Positions 28,235-39,490 are shown, counted from the stretch's first letter. The stretch: DNA of 64,000 nt from Bacteroidota bacterium (GCA_947475205.1 CANJNG010000006.1:259-64258); one strand, 5' to 3'. The notes: generated by a model from the letters alone, not told the origin. Numbers and translations: made by a program.

Positions 28235-28340
28235 ACAGATAGTAATTTGGGGGCAAATCTAATACTATGAAATGGATTTGAAATGCGTTATGGTGAAGGC
28301 ACAAGTTTAAGCTCAAAAAATACACATCTTTGCGGCAATT

Positions 28341-31196
28341 ATGAATAGCACAGCAGAAAGAGATTGGCGATTGCCATTACCTGTTTTTGTTGCACTATTA
28401 GCGGTTTCGCACTATATCAGGCATTTTTCAACTCCGCTTTCTCATTTCAACCGCCGGATTATTTCCGAAGCCACAATCCAACTTTACGATGTGGCATCAA
28501 GGGCAAGATTAGGAATAGCCGGTTTATTTCTGTTTTTAGCTGTCTTCTTTTTGTGTCGCTGGTTAATAATTACCGCTAATCGGTTTCTTAAACTTGCACC
28601 TTCTCCTGAATTTAAAGGTATTAACTCATTATCTATTGTAGGCAGTTTGCTATTGCCTTTGCAGGTATTTCAATGCAGTGTTTGGCCGCTGCTAAACATC
28701 CTGTTTAATGTGCAATTGGTTCTTGTGTTGGTATTTCTTATGCGGGTCAAACTCCTAAAGCAACCTAAACTATACGGGTTTGGCCTTTCAGAAATTGGGA
28801 TGCTATTATTGGCACTGTCGGGCTTGTATATTTTGCTCATTGCCGCAGGTCTTAAATTTAGCTTTGGTGGATTTTTTGTTATTACAAGTCTGTTGTCGTT
28901 TTATGTGCTTTTTCGCACAAAAACTTTCAGTAACTCGCAAACAAAATCTTTGTTGTTCAAGACGTTATTCGCGTTTTGTCTTGTACCTTGTTTAATAATT
29001 ATAACTCAGGAGCTCAATTATTTTTTAGCATTTCACCATCGTTCATTCATTTCCAATCAATCTGCTTTAGTTAGCATTACAGGTTTATCATTAACAGGCA
29101 TTTTTGTTTACAATTATTTCAAAAGAGATAGTTCATTTTCATCTTCTTTATTGCTTTCTTATCGTTATCTGCCTTGGTTTGTGGTAGGATGTGTGGCGTT
29201 GAATTCTTACAACCCTTTGGTAGAATCTACTGCCGAAACATTTGAATTGGGAAATCGCTTTTTACCTGTTTCGCACTTTGTATTATTTAATCGTTTACCC
29301 ATTTTCGACCTATTCAACTCGCACCTGTTTTCCGAAATTGCGGGTGGATTGATTTACACCGCTATTTATGGTTTGTACGGCCAGGATTTTTTGGTGTTTG
29401 ATTTCCTTTTTCCGATTATAAATTATGTGCTGGCTTATTGGGTTTTATTGAAATTTACCCAAAACCCCTGGGTGGCTTTTGGAATAACGTTAGTGTTTCC
29501 CTTTCCTTTCCTTTTCCCGGGTTATTTTGGTGCAGCACCGCTTTTGGTGTTAGGGCTATCGAAATTATTAGCAACAAAAAATCAAACATCAGGTATAGTC
29601 TGGTTTTTAATAAGCATCACATTTCTATGCTTATGGAGAGCCGATATTGCTTTTTCTGCGATTTCTGCCATAGTTGTAATAGTTGCCATTTTAACTGTTT
29701 CAGGAAGGATTACTAAAGATTTTCTGTCTCCTTTTATTAAAACTGCCGCTTGGTTTGGATTAGTTCTGACTGGGCTTTTAGGCGTTTTAATTCTGTTTAG
29801 AGGCCTTTCTGTTTTTGACAATTTGAACCAAGCCTTTCATTATTTAGATTCGGTACAGGCTTACGGCCATCTTAATGTGGGCAATAGCGAATCATTGCAG
29901 TATAAAATGCTTTACTTTATCTTCCCGGCCACAATTGGCGGAATACTACTGGCGATACTTTTACAGGTAAAATATTGGCAAGGCAACTCCCGATTGTTTT
30001 TTCCAATGATATGTTTGTTGGGCTTAGGGCTGTTCTATTTCTTTAATTTTTCAAGAGGTTTGGTTCGTCACGGCTTATGCGAAATCTGGGATAGTCCACT
30101 CACTTCTTATGCCTATTTTGTGATTCCTGCGGCTATTTCGTTTTATGGTTTCCCCAAAGCTAAAAACTTATTTTTCACCTCCTTTTGCTCTTTGGCTTTC
30201 GTTCTTGGGTTTTCATGCAAAACATACTCACCTGCCGAATACCAATCCATTTTAGACACATTCAAAGCCAAACTTGGTTCCTTTTCGTTTCACAACTTCA
30301 GCTCCGAAAACCTAAGCCGTACTATCGAAAGTCCCGAATATATCCAGCTTAAAGAAAGCTCCATAGTGAAGCAAGTCAAAAATATACTCAAACCGGACGA
30401 AACGTTTTATGATTTCACCAATCATCCAATGCTGTATTACTTTGCCGAAAAAGAGACCCCTTCCTATTTTGCTCAAACGCCACTAACAGTAATTGACGAT
30501 TATTTGCAAGAGAAAGAGCTAATTGCTATAAAAAGCCGGAAAGTTCCGATTTGTCTTTTTCCTGCACCACCCAAATTTGATGGCGATAACGTTGATGGAA
30601 TCCCAAATTCGCTGAGACATTACAAAATGGCGGAATATTTCTTTTATAACTACGAACCTTTCGCAGCCACCGATGGCTATTTGCTTTGGAAACAGAAAGG
30701 TTACAGGCTAAACGGTGAAGCAAGCCATGATTCTATTTTTGAATATCCACGGACATTTCAGTTGAACTATCTGCCCTCTTTGTGGTGGAAAAATGAGCAT
30801 ACCGATACCTCAAAAGCTTTAACAAAAGGAATTTCCAAAAATGATATTCTCAATCCGTTAAATCAGTCAGCTGAGATAGCTGCAAGTATTAACCCCGCTG
30901 ATAAGCAAAAGGGAAATTATATCTATTTTTCACTTAGAAATGTGCTATACTCCCCCAAGGATTCCGAAAAAACTTTCAAACTTGTACTTAACTATTATTC
31001 TCAAGGAAAGTGGCTTGGAGCTTTTCAGTTTGAAACTAAACCGGGAAAAGAAAAGGAAGGGGTGCTTATTCGGGCAAGCACTCAGGCAAATTGGTATTTG
31101 AGCAATGCGGATAGCTTTAGCTTAAAGTTAGATGGCGAAATGACTCCCGATGTAATGCTGAAAGTGTCGGAATTTAAAATTTTAAAAGGAGATTGA
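28341..31196 (+). CDS. Large polytopic membrane protein (possible GT-C type glycan modifier)
   Basis: Many hydrophobic segments in the first ~630 aa, soluble C-terminal domain; operon with methyltransferase and GT9. Confidence 0.6.
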   Translation: MNSTAERDWRLPLPVFVALLAVSHYIRHFSTPLSHFNRRIISEATIQLYDVASRARLGIAGLFLFLAVFFLCRWLIITANRFLKLAPSPEFKGINSLSIVGSLLLPLQVFQCSVWPLLNILFNVQLVLVLVFLMRVKLLKQPKLYGFGLSEIGMLLLALSGLYILLIAAGLKFSFGGFFVITSLLSFYVLFRTKTFSNSQTKSLLFKTLFAFCLVPCLIIITQELNYFLAFHHRSFISNQSALVSITGLSLTGIFVYNYFKRDSSFSSSLLLSYRYLPWFVVGCVALNSYNPLVESTAETFELGNRFLPVSHFVLFNRLPIFDLFNSHLFSEIAGGLIYTAIYGLYGQDFLVFDFLFPIINYVLAYWVLLKFTQNPWVAFGITLVFPFPFLFPGYFGAAPLLVLGLSKLLATKNQTSGIVWFLISITFLCLWRADIAFSAISAIVVIVAILTVSGRITKDFLSPFIKTAAWFGLVLTGLLGVLILFRGLSVFDNLNQAFHYLDSVQAYGHLNVGNSESLQYKMLYFIFPATIGGILLAILLQVKYWQGNSRLFFPMICLLGLGLFYFFNFSRGLVRHGLCEIWDSPLTSYAYFVIPAAISFYGFPKAKNLFFTSFCSLAFVLGFSCKTYSPAEYQSILDTFKAKLGSFSFHNFSSENLSRTIESPEYIQLKESSIVKQVKNILKPDETFYDFTNHPMLYYFAEKETPSYFAQTPLTVIDDYLQEKELIAIKSRKVPICLFPAPPKFDGDNVDGIPNSLRHYKMAEYFFYNYEPFAATDGYLLWKQKGYRLNGEASHDSIFEYPRTFQLNYLPSLWWKNEHTDTSKALTKGISKNDILNPLNQSAEIAASINPADKQKGNYIYFSLRNVLYSPKDSEKTFKLVLNYYSQGKWLGAFQFETKPGKEKEGVLIRASTQANWYLSNADSFSLKLDGEMTPDVMLKVSEFKILKGD

Positions 31197-31199
31197 AAA

Positions 31200-32066
31200 T
31201 TGGAACAGTGCAAAATATGTAACACGACTAATAACGGAATAGCCCTTTTAACTATCGAAGGACGGAATGTGCTTCGGTGCCAAAATTGTGAGTTGGAATG
31301 GCTATCGCCACAACTAAACGATGCCGAGATAACGGCGTTATATTCCGAAAATTATTACAAAGCCTGGGGCATAAAAGGCAGTACTGAAAACAGTGCAACC
31401 CTGAATATGAAAAAAGCTACGGCGAGGCTTCGGATTGCCTTGCTGAAAAAGCATATTACTTCGGGAAATATGCTGGATGTGGGCTGTGCGAATGGCTATT
31501 TTTTAGAGGCCGCAGTTGAACAAGGTTTTCAGCCTTATGGTGTAGAGTTGAGCGAGTATTCCTCCGGCTTAGCCAAGCAAAAGTTTGGAGCATCAAACAT
31601 ATATCACGGAATATTAGAAACCTGTGAGTTCAACGAAAGCTTTTTTGATGCCATAAATATGGCCGATTTACTCGAACATGTTAAGTCGCCGGAAGAAACG
31701 CTTAATAAAGCCCGCCAATTGCTGAAACCCAAAGGAGTTTTGATTATCACTACTCCCGATTCGGGTTCTTTCAGCAAAATGGTGTTTGGCAAACGCTGGC
31801 CCCATTACAAGTTGGAACATTTCTTTTATTTCAACACTAAAAACATAGAACAAATCGCCGATAAATGTGGTCTGAAATTAATTGAAGCCGAGAATTCTAA
31901 AAAAGCTCTCAATCTGGCTTATTTGAATACCCAGTATAAAGTATATCCACATTGGTTTTTCACCCCGGCATTTAAATCGTTAAACGTTTTACTGCCTAAA
32001 GCATTATTAAACTATAATTTCTATGTTCTCACCGGAGAAATTACCGTTTTGCTTACTCACAAATGA
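31200..32066 (+). CDS. Class I SAM-dependent methyltransferase
   Basis: N-terminal CxxC pairs, 'LDVGCANG', 'DLLEHV', 'LKPKGVLIITTP'. Confidence 0.9.
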   Translation: MEQCKICNTTNNGIALLTIEGRNVLRCQNCELEWLSPQLNDAEITALYSENYYKAWGIKGSTENSATLNMKKATARLRIALLKKHITSGNMLDVGCANGYFLEAAVEQGFQPYGVELSEYSSGLAKQKFGASNIYHGILETCEFNESFFDAINMADLLEHVKSPEETLNKARQLLKPKGVLIITTPDSGSFSKMVFGKRWPHYKLEHFFYFNTKNIEQIADKCGLKLIEAENSKKALNLAYLNTQYKVYPHWFFTPAFKSLNVLLPKALLNYNFYVLTGEITVLLTHK

Positions 32067-33301
32067 AGACCTCCACCAAATTATGGATTGACGAAAATGT
32101 GGGCAAGCCCATAATTTATTGCTTGAATTTTGTGGTGCAGCTTCTAGGGAAAATTCTACGAATTGACCATTCTTTCCAAAAGCCGGTTAAGACTATCGTA
32201 ATCTGTAAATTTAAAGGAATGGGAAGCATTGTGCAGGCTACCCCGTTAATTCAAACACTCAGAACAAACTATCCCGATGCCCGGATTTTGTTTGTTACAG
32301 AAAAAGCTAATCGTGGTATTTGCGAACTAATTCCGGCAATCGACAAGGTTTTAGTCCTTGACGACAGCACACTTTTTTCACTGGTAAAATCTATTTTTAC
32401 GGTGTTGCCTAAGCTTTGGGAAATGAAGGTTGATTATTATTTTGATTTAGAGATTTATTCCAATTTCAGTAGTCTGTTTACAACCGTGAGCATTGCACGA
32501 AACCGATTTGGTTATTTCTCGTCGGGAAAAGAATACAGGATGGGAATTTACACCCACATGATGTTCTTTAATGTAAATGCTCCCATTTCGGAAGTGTATC
32601 TTCAATTTGCTCGTTTAATAGGATGCCAAAAAATTGAATCAGCCCTCTGGAAGCCATCATCAACAAGCTTTTCGGAAAACTTAACTCAACAGCTTAGGCT
32701 GAGCCCAAATCAGAATATAATTGTAATAAATCCCAATGCATCCGATTTACGCATAGAACGCCGCTGGCCGGCAAGCAAGTTTTCAGAACTAATTTCCACC
32801 ATTCTTACCCAATATCCCGAATATAAAATTGTACTTATTGGGAACCGGGCTGAAGCCGAATATGTAAACAGCATTGCTAATGGATTTCAAAACAATTCAT
32901 CGGTTATCAATTCATCGGGGAAACTAAGCCTAACCGAATTGATTTGCCTTATTGCGAACAGTAAATTAATGGTAACGAACGACACAGGGCCAATGCATCT
33001 GGGCTTTGCCTGCCGGATAAAAGTAGTGGCCTTGTTTGGCCCCTGTTCTCCGGTTCAATATGGCGGTAGCGAGAACAGCATTTCACTGTATAAAAATGTA
33101 TATTGTAGTCCCTGCGTTCACGAGTTTCTTGTTCCACCGTGCAAGGGCAATAACGTTTGTATGCAGGGTATTCAATCCAAAGAAGTTATACTTGCCATAG
33201 AGCAAATATTAATGGGAAAAGCAAATTCATTGCCGACCAAAATCAGCTTCTTGATATCCGAGAATCAGAATGTATTGGGTGTGGTGCAGCGGGCGGATTA
33301 A
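32063..33301 (+). CDS. Glycosyltransferase family 9 (heptosyltransferase-like)
   Basis: 'GMGSIV.ATP', 'RRWP', 'VTNDTGPMHL', 'VALFGP'. Confidence 0.9.
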   Translation: MKTSTKLWIDENVGKPIIYCLNFVVQLLGKILRIDHSFQKPVKTIVICKFKGMGSIVQATPLIQTLRTNYPDARILFVTEKANRGICELIPAIDKVLVLDDSTLFSLVKSIFTVLPKLWEMKVDYYFDLEIYSNFSSLFTTVSIARNRFGYFSSGKEYRMGIYTHMMFFNVNAPISEVYLQFARLIGCQKIESALWKPSSTSFSENLTQQLRLSPNQNIIVINPNASDLRIERRWPASKFSELISTILTQYPEYKIVLIGNRAEAEYVNSIANGFQNNSSVINSSGKLSLTELICLIANSKLMVTNDTGPMHLGFACRIKVVALFGPCSPVQYGGSENSISLYKNVYCSPCVHEFLVPPCKGNNVCMQGIQSKEVILAIEQILMGKANSLPTKISFLISENQNVLGVVQRAD

Positions 33302-33396
33302 GAAATGCTGGTAAATTTCTATCCAATGGGAGATTAGGCCAACCAAATATTGACCGATTAATAGGGCAGAAAACTGCCTTTAGAACTCCTAAGTCC

Positions 33397-34758
33397 CTAA
33401 GCCAATTCCGCTTCTTCTTTCACGCACATCATCAAAGGTTCAAGTTCGCCGTGTTTAGGGTTCTTGATACGCTCGGGATATTTAACGTGATATTCAAACT
33501 CTTCGCGGAAATGGCGGATAGCACTTGCAACAGGCCAAGCAGCTGCATCGCCAAGCGGGCAGATAGTATTTCCTTCAATTTTTTTAGCAATATCAACTAA
33601 CAAGTCAATGTCTTCCATGTTTCCATGGCCACTTTCGAGGCGGTGAAGCACTTTTTCCATCCATCCTGTTCCTTCGCGGCAAGGGCTGCATTGTCCACAG
33701 CTTTCGTGATGATAAAAACGAGTAAAGTTCCAAAGGTTACGAACGATACAGGCCGTTTCATCAAACACAATAAATCCACCCGAACCCAGCATAGTTCCAG
33801 TAGCAAATCCACCATCTGAAAGGCTTTCGTAGGTCATTAGGCGTTGTTCGCCTTTGGCTGTACGGGTAATTAAATGTGCAGGTAGAATTGGAACTGAAGA
33901 GCCACCGGCCACAACAGCTTTCAATCGTCTTCCTTTCCAAACTCCGCCACAATATTCATCGGAATTAAGAAACTCTTCTACAGTAACCCCTAAATCTATT
34001 TCATAAATTCCGGGTTTATTTATATGTCCGCAGGCAGAAATGAGTTTTGTTCCTGTACTGCGGCCAACACCAATCTTAGCATATTCATCGCCCGTCATAT
34101 TTATTATATGAGGAACTACTGCAATAGTCTCTACATTATTTACCACCGTTGGGCAATTATACACACCACTGATAGCAGGAAAAGGTGGTTTTATTCTCGG
34201 ATTCCCTCGTTTGCCTTCCAAAGATTCTATCAGGGCAGTTTCTTCTCCACAAATATACGCTCCACCACCAGGATGAACATAAAGGTCTAAATCGTAACCG
34301 CTTCCTAAAATATTCTTACCTAAAAACCCTGCTGCGTATGCCTCGGCAATTGCTTTTTCAAGAATTTTCATTACATAAATCAACTCTCCACGAATATAGA
34401 TATACGCCGTGTTAGCCCCTAAAGCATAAGCCGACACTATCATTCCTTCCACCAATCCGTGTGGATTTTTCTGCATATAATAGCGGTCTTTGAAAGTTCC
34501 CGGTTCGCTTTCGTCGGCATTGCATACAAGGTAACGCGGGTTGGCCGATTTCTTATCAATGAAACTCCATTTCATTCCAGTAGGGAATCCTGCACCACCT
34601 CTACCACGAAGACCTGATTTCTTTACCTCTTCGGTAATGTCGTCGGGTTGCATTTTAATGGCTTTTTCCAACCCGGAGTATCCGCCATGTTTACGGAATA
34701 CTTCTATGGTTTCAATACCGGGAACGTTTATGTGTTCGGTTAAAATTTTCTTTGACAT
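33397..34758 (-). CDS. nuoF: NADH-quinone oxidoreductase subunit F
   Basis: 'SGLRGRGGAGFPTG', 'NADESEPGTFKDR', 'GAYICGEETAL', 'ESCGQCSPCREG'; start moved to ATG 34758. Confidence 0.96.
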   Translation of the reverse strand: MSKKILTEHINVPGIETIEVFRKHGGYSGLEKAIKMQPDDITEEVKKSGLRGRGGAGFPTGMKWSFIDKKSANPRYLVCNADESEPGTFKDRYYMQKNPHGLVEGMIVSAYALGANTAYIYIRGELIYVMKILEKAIAEAYAAGFLGKNILGSGYDLDLYVHPGGGAYICGEETALIESLEGKRGNPRIKPPFPAISGVYNCPTVVNNVETIAVVPHIINMTGDEYAKIGVGRSTGTKLISACGHINKPGIYEIDLGVTVEEFLNSDEYCGGVWKGRRLKAVVAGGSSVPILPAHLITRTAKGEQRLMTYESLSDGGFATGTMLGSGGFIVFDETACIVRNLWNFTRFYHHESCGQCSPCREGTGWMEKVLHRLESGHGNMEDIDLLVDIAKKIEGNTICPLGDAAAWPVASAIRHFREEFEYHVKYPERIKNPKHGELEPLMMCVKEEAELA

Positions 34759-34820
34759 GGTTAAGACTTGAGATGGGAGATGGGGGACTTGCAATAAGAG
34801 ATGCTAATGTAATTCGTAAA

Positions 34821-35348
34821 TTAAACTATGTTTCTTACGGGTGGAGGATTTCTTCTGAATTGTTCTAAAAGTTCGTCCACTTTTTCGGTGGTGAGGTCTT
34901 CAAAGTAGTGATCGCCACATTGGAACATCGGGCCGGTGCCACAGGCTGCCATACATTCAACTGTTTTGAGGGTAAACATTCCATCGGGGGTAGTTTGCCC
35001 GTCTTTAATGTTCAATTTGTTTTCGATGTGATTCACAATATCTTCGGCACCCCGCAACCAACAAGGACCTGTACGACAAACTTCAATCAGGCATTTGCCC
35101 ACAGGTTTCATGTTATACATGGTGTAAAAAGTGGCCACTTCATACACTTCGATGGGTTGAATTTTGAGAATAGAGGCCACATAATCCATTGTATCGGGGC
35201 TGAGCCATCCTCCAAATTCAGCTTGAGCTAAATGGAGAAGCGGGAGCAAGGCTGATTTCTGTTTCCCTTCGGGATAACGGGCAATTATGCGGTTGCAGAC
35301 ATTCAGACTTTCGGCTGAAAATTGTATCGTTTTAGTTTCGGTACTCAT
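34821..35348 (-). CDS. nuoE: NADH-quinone oxidoreductase subunit E
   Basis: 'SALLPLLH', 'VATFYTMY', 2Fe-2S 'CRTGPC...ECMAAC'. Confidence 0.95.
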   Translation of the reverse strand: MSTETKTIQFSAESLNVCNRIIARYPEGKQKSALLPLLHLAQAEFGGWLSPDTMDYVASILKIQPIEVYEVATFYTMYNMKPVGKCLIEVCRTGPCWLRGAEDIVNHIENKLNIKDGQTTPDGMFTLKTVECMAACGTGPMFQCGDHYFEDLTTEKVDELLEQFRRNPPPVRNIV

Positions 35349-35489
35349 ACTATTTATATGAAAATCGTTTTTTGAAATGCGTGGCGAAGGTAGGATTTTG
35401 GAAAATAAGGCAGAAGGGAAATTTTCAAAGATTGATTGGTGAGTTTTAATAAAATTTATCTTTAATAAAACACCCTAAATTCACCCTTC

Positions 35490-38270
35490 TTAATTGCCCT
35501 TCACCTTCTGTAATATAGCATCCAATGATTGTTCATCTTTAATAAGCACTTGCCGGGCTTTACTACCTTCATAGGGGCCGATTATACCATAGTTTTCCAA
35601 CTGGTCAATTAATCGCCCAGCACGGTTGTAGCCTAATTTCAGTTTTCGTTGTAGCAACGATGCTGAACCTTGTTGGGTTGCCACCATAATCCGAGCTGCA
35701 TCTTCAAACAAACTATCCACTTCTCCGGCTTCAAATTCTACTTCTTCACCTCCGGCTTCGCCCACATATTCCGGTAAACTAAAGGCTGAGCTATATCCTC
35801 GTTGCGAACCGATAAACTCGGTGATTTTCTCAGCTTCGGGAGTATCTACAAAAGCACATTGCAAACGAATTAAATCGCTACCGGTGCTTAAAAGCATATC
35901 TCCTTTACCAATCAATTGGTCGGCACCGCTCGAATCTAAAATAGTACGGCTGTCCACCTTCGAGATAACCCGAAATGCAATCCGGGCAGGGAAGTTAGCC
36001 TTAATCATACCTGTAATAATATTTACAGAAGGCCGTTGGGTAGCAATAATTAAATGAATCCCGATGGCACGAGCCAACTGTGCCAAACGGGCAATGGGCA
36101 GCTCCACTTCTTTTCCGGCAGTCATAATCAAATCGGCAAACTCATCCACCACCAATACAATATAGGGTAGGTATTGGTGTCCTTCGTTGGGATTTAAACG
36201 GCGGCCACAGAACTTCGCATTGTATTCTTTAATGGTTCTAACCTGTGCATCTTTCAGCAGGTTGTAACGATTATCCATCTCAATACACAAAGACTGAATG
36301 GTGTGAACCACCTTTTTGGTGTCGGTTATAATGGCTTCTTCGGTATCGGGCAGTTTGGCTAGGAAATGCCGTTCGATGCGGCTATACAACGTAAGCTCCA
36401 CTTTCTTAGGGTCAACCAACACAAATTTCAATTGCGATGGATGCTTTTTGTAAAGCAGTGAAACCAAAATGGCATTCAAACCAACAGATTTACCTTGTCC
36501 CGTAGAACCCGCCATTAGCAAATGGGGCATTTTGGCTAAATCGGCAATAAATACTTCGTTGTTGATGGTCTTCCCGAGGGCGACAGGTAAGTCCATTTTG
36601 GTTGTGAGGAACTTTTCCGAAGTAAGCAATGCCTTCATTGGCACTATGTCGGGATTGAGATTAGGAACCTCTATCCCGATAGTTCCTTTGCCCGGAATAG
36701 GAGCGATTATACGTATGCCAAGGGCTTTCAGACTTAATGCAATATCGTCCTCCAGATTTTTAATTTTAGAAATCCGCACTCCCGCAGCGGGAATTATCTC
36801 ATACAGCGTAACTGTTGGCCCTATGGTGGCTTGAATCTTCGATATTTCGATACCAAAGTTTTTCAGATTCTGTACAATCTGATTCTTGTTTCCTTCCAGC
36901 TCTTCTTTGGTAACATTCCCCGACGATGGGGGATAGTTAATCAGTAAATCGGGAACGGGATACTTATAATCGGCCAATTCAAGCGTAGGGTCGAATTCGC
37001 CATAGCGGGCTACCATAGCAGCTGCCAAATCTTCGGGCGACTCTAATCCTACGGCTACATTAGCGGCCAATCCTTTGGGTTCGGGATTAAAGTTTCCGTC
37101 TTTCTGAACACCGCCATTTGATGTAGAATCTTCCACCGTGAATGGTACTTCTTCGGCCTTTGGAGCAACAACGGTTAATTCTAAATCATCGTCATCATCT
37201 TCCTCATCCTCCTCTTCTTCAGAAACTTCTTCCGCTTTTTCAATCACTTCCAATTTCATTTCTTCGGGGTGGAAATCAATCTCTTCCGTAGTGGTGTATT
37301 CCGGTTCTTTCTTAATCACATTGTAAGGAATTTCTTCCTCCTCTTCTTCGGTCAGCTCCACCAATTCCTGTTCCTGCCTTAGTTCAGTCATTAATTCGGC
37401 TTCTACATCCTCGGTTAATGGCTCTGAATTGAGCTTTTCGGTTTGTTCGATGGCTTTGCGTTCAAACCAAGTTGCCGCATTTTCAAACGAGGGGTTCACA
37501 ACAAAAATGAGGTAGGAAATACCCAGAAACCCTACTAATAATGCCGTTCCGGTGCTTCCCCAAAGGCTGCTGAGCCACAAGGTAGATTGATAACCAAAAG
37601 CCCCACCCAAATTAAACGGGCTGCCGAAGAAGTAAGCCGTGGAAACCGAAATCCAAACGGAAAGAAAAAAAGAATGCCAAAATGCTTTTTGCGGCACAAT
37701 GAGGTTTACGCCAAACATCAGCTTAAAGCCCACTACAAAAACAGGCACTAACCAGCAGAAGGCCGCTACCCCAAAGGTTTTCTGAATAAAAAAATCGGAC
37801 AGAATAGCCCCGAATTTTCCCATCCAGTTTTCGGCCACCACATCGGTATCGGCCACAAAACTTCCGATGGGGCCGGTAACTTTATCGGCATCAATAATCC
37901 AGTTGAAATACCAGGACACGAAGGCCAGCAGCAAGTAAACCGATGAAAACACGAAGAACAATCCCGAAATGGAGCGTGTACGTCGGTCAGTAATAAAATT
38001 GGTAAACGATTCCCTAAAAGTGGTTTTGTCTTCATCCACTACCTTTTCTTTTGGAGCAGCTTTAGGCTTGGGTTTATCCTTAACTTCTTTGGTTTCCTTA
38101 GGCTTAGTGGATAAAACCGGCTGTGGGGTTTCGTCCTTCCACGGCACTTCTTCCACTATTTCCTCCTGCGGTGGCGGCGGTGGCGGGGTGCGGAATGTAT
38201 TGGGAGTGAAGGAGTTTTCTTTTACGGCCATTAGCTTTGATACCAAAGGCAAAGGTATTTTTTTGGCCAC
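35490..38270 (-). CDS. ftsK: DNA translocase FtsK
   Basis: N-terminal TM region, Walker A 'GSTGQGKS', 'VVDEFADL', 'ATQRPS', gamma domain 'LGYNRAGRL'. Confidence 0.96.
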   Translation of the reverse strand: MAKKIPLPLVSKLMAVKENSFTPNTFRTPPPPPPQEEIVEEVPWKDETPQPVLSTKPKETKEVKDKPKPKAAPKEKVVDEDKTTFRESFTNFITDRRTRSISGLFFVFSSVYLLLAFVSWYFNWIIDADKVTGPIGSFVADTDVVAENWMGKFGAILSDFFIQKTFGVAAFCWLVPVFVVGFKLMFGVNLIVPQKAFWHSFFLSVWISVSTAYFFGSPFNLGGAFGYQSTLWLSSLWGSTGTALLVGFLGISYLIFVVNPSFENAATWFERKAIEQTEKLNSEPLTEDVEAELMTELRQEQELVELTEEEEEEIPYNVIKKEPEYTTTEEIDFHPEEMKLEVIEKAEEVSEEEEDEEDDDDDLELTVVAPKAEEVPFTVEDSTSNGGVQKDGNFNPEPKGLAANVAVGLESPEDLAAAMVARYGEFDPTLELADYKYPVPDLLINYPPSSGNVTKEELEGNKNQIVQNLKNFGIEISKIQATIGPTVTLYEIIPAAGVRISKIKNLEDDIALSLKALGIRIIAPIPGKGTIGIEVPNLNPDIVPMKALLTSEKFLTTKMDLPVALGKTINNEVFIADLAKMPHLLMAGSTGQGKSVGLNAILVSLLYKKHPSQLKFVLVDPKKVELTLYSRIERHFLAKLPDTEEAIITDTKKVVHTIQSLCIEMDNRYNLLKDAQVRTIKEYNAKFCGRRLNPNEGHQYLPYIVLVVDEFADLIMTAGKEVELPIARLAQLARAIGIHLIIATQRPSVNIITGMIKANFPARIAFRVISKVDSRTILDSSGADQLIGKGDMLLSTGSDLIRLQCAFVDTPEAEKITEFIGSQRGYSSAFSLPEYVGEAGGEEVEFEAGEVDSLFEDAARIMVATQQGSASLLQRKLKLGYNRAGRLIDQLENYGIIGPYEGSKARQVLIKDEQSLDAILQKVKGN

Positions 38271-38415
38271 AGCCGGAAGGCTTTAAGCGGGGTTTATCAC
38301 GATTTTTATCAACGGCAAAATGTTGATAGGTAGGGTGGGTCTTTTAGAAGCAGAAATTGAGGGTGACTAATTATCTACCAAGCTATCCAACATTAAATAT
38401 GTTACATTTGTCCGA

Positions 38416-39402
38416 TTGAAAAAGCTTCGTTACCTCTTTATCATATTGGGAATTTTGATTCCCACCCTGCTTCCCGAGCTGTCTTACAGTTGGGGGTTTT
38501 TCGGGCATAAGCGTATAAACCGGATGGCAGTAATGACCCTGCCTCCCGAAATGGTTGGGTTTTACAAACGCAATATTGATTTCATTACAGAACATGCTGT
38601 GGATCCCGATAAACGCCGCTATGCCAATAAAGATGAAGCACCTCGCCACTACCTAGATGCCGATCATTACGGAGCAGAACCCTTCAAAGTATTGCCCCGA
38701 AAATGGAGAGATGCTGTGGCTAAATTTAGCGAAGACACCCTGATGGCTTATGGCATTGTTCCTTGGCACATCGAAAAAATGTATGTGAGGTTAAGAGAAG
38801 CATTTGTAAAGGGGGATGTGGATAGAATTTTGTTTCTTTCTGCCGAAATAGGCCACTACATTGGAGATTCGCATGTTCCGCTTCACACCACCGAAAACTA
38901 TAACGGTCAAATGACCGGACAACGAGGCATACACGGTTTTTGGGAAAGCCGCATACCCGAACTAAAAGCCGAAGACTACGATTATTTGGTTGGTCGGGCT
39001 CGGTATATTGATGAACCCTTAATGTTTGCTTGGAAAGCCGTTGAACAAAGTTTCTCTGCCCTCGACAGCGTTTTGAGTTTTGAAAAGAAGCTAAGTGAAA
39101 CATTTCCTAAAGACCGAAAATATGCTGTGGAACAGCGGGGAGCGACCACTGTGCAAGTGTATTCGGTGGAATACACCAATGCCTACAACGAGATGCTTAA
39201 CGGGATGGTTGAACGCCGGATGCGACAAGCTATTATTGGGGTTGGAAGTATTTGGTACACTGCTTGGAAGGATGCCGGACAACCAAACTTGGATAAGTTT
39301 TACAATAAAGCTATTTCGGATTCATTGAAACAGCAATTTGCCCAAGAAGAAATTCTTGAAAGTGGCGAAACAAAAGCCAAAGGCAGAGATTGCGAGCATT
39401 AA
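38416..39402 (+). CDS. S1/P1 nuclease / zinc-dependent phospholipase C family protein
   Basis: Signal peptide then 'WGFFGH'; 'HYIGDSHVPLHT', 'IHGFWES'. Confidence 0.87.
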   Translation: MKKLRYLFIILGILIPTLLPELSYSWGFFGHKRINRMAVMTLPPEMVGFYKRNIDFITEHAVDPDKRRYANKDEAPRHYLDADHYGAEPFKVLPRKWRDAVAKFSEDTLMAYGIVPWHIEKMYVRLREAFVKGDVDRILFLSAEIGHYIGDSHVPLHTTENYNGQMTGQRGIHGFWESRIPELKAEDYDYLVGRARYIDEPLMFAWKAVEQSFSALDSVLSFEKKLSETFPKDRKYAVEQRGATTVQVYSVEYTNAYNEMLNGMVERRMRQAIIGVGSIWYTAWKDAGQPNLDKFYNKAISDSLKQQFAQEEILESGETKAKGRDCEH

Positions 39403-39490
39403 GCTAATACCTACATGGTATCTTTATTATCACTGCTATAGCTTATTCCAATGTAGCTGCATAGGCTGAGAAGGAATATGTATTTCTGAA

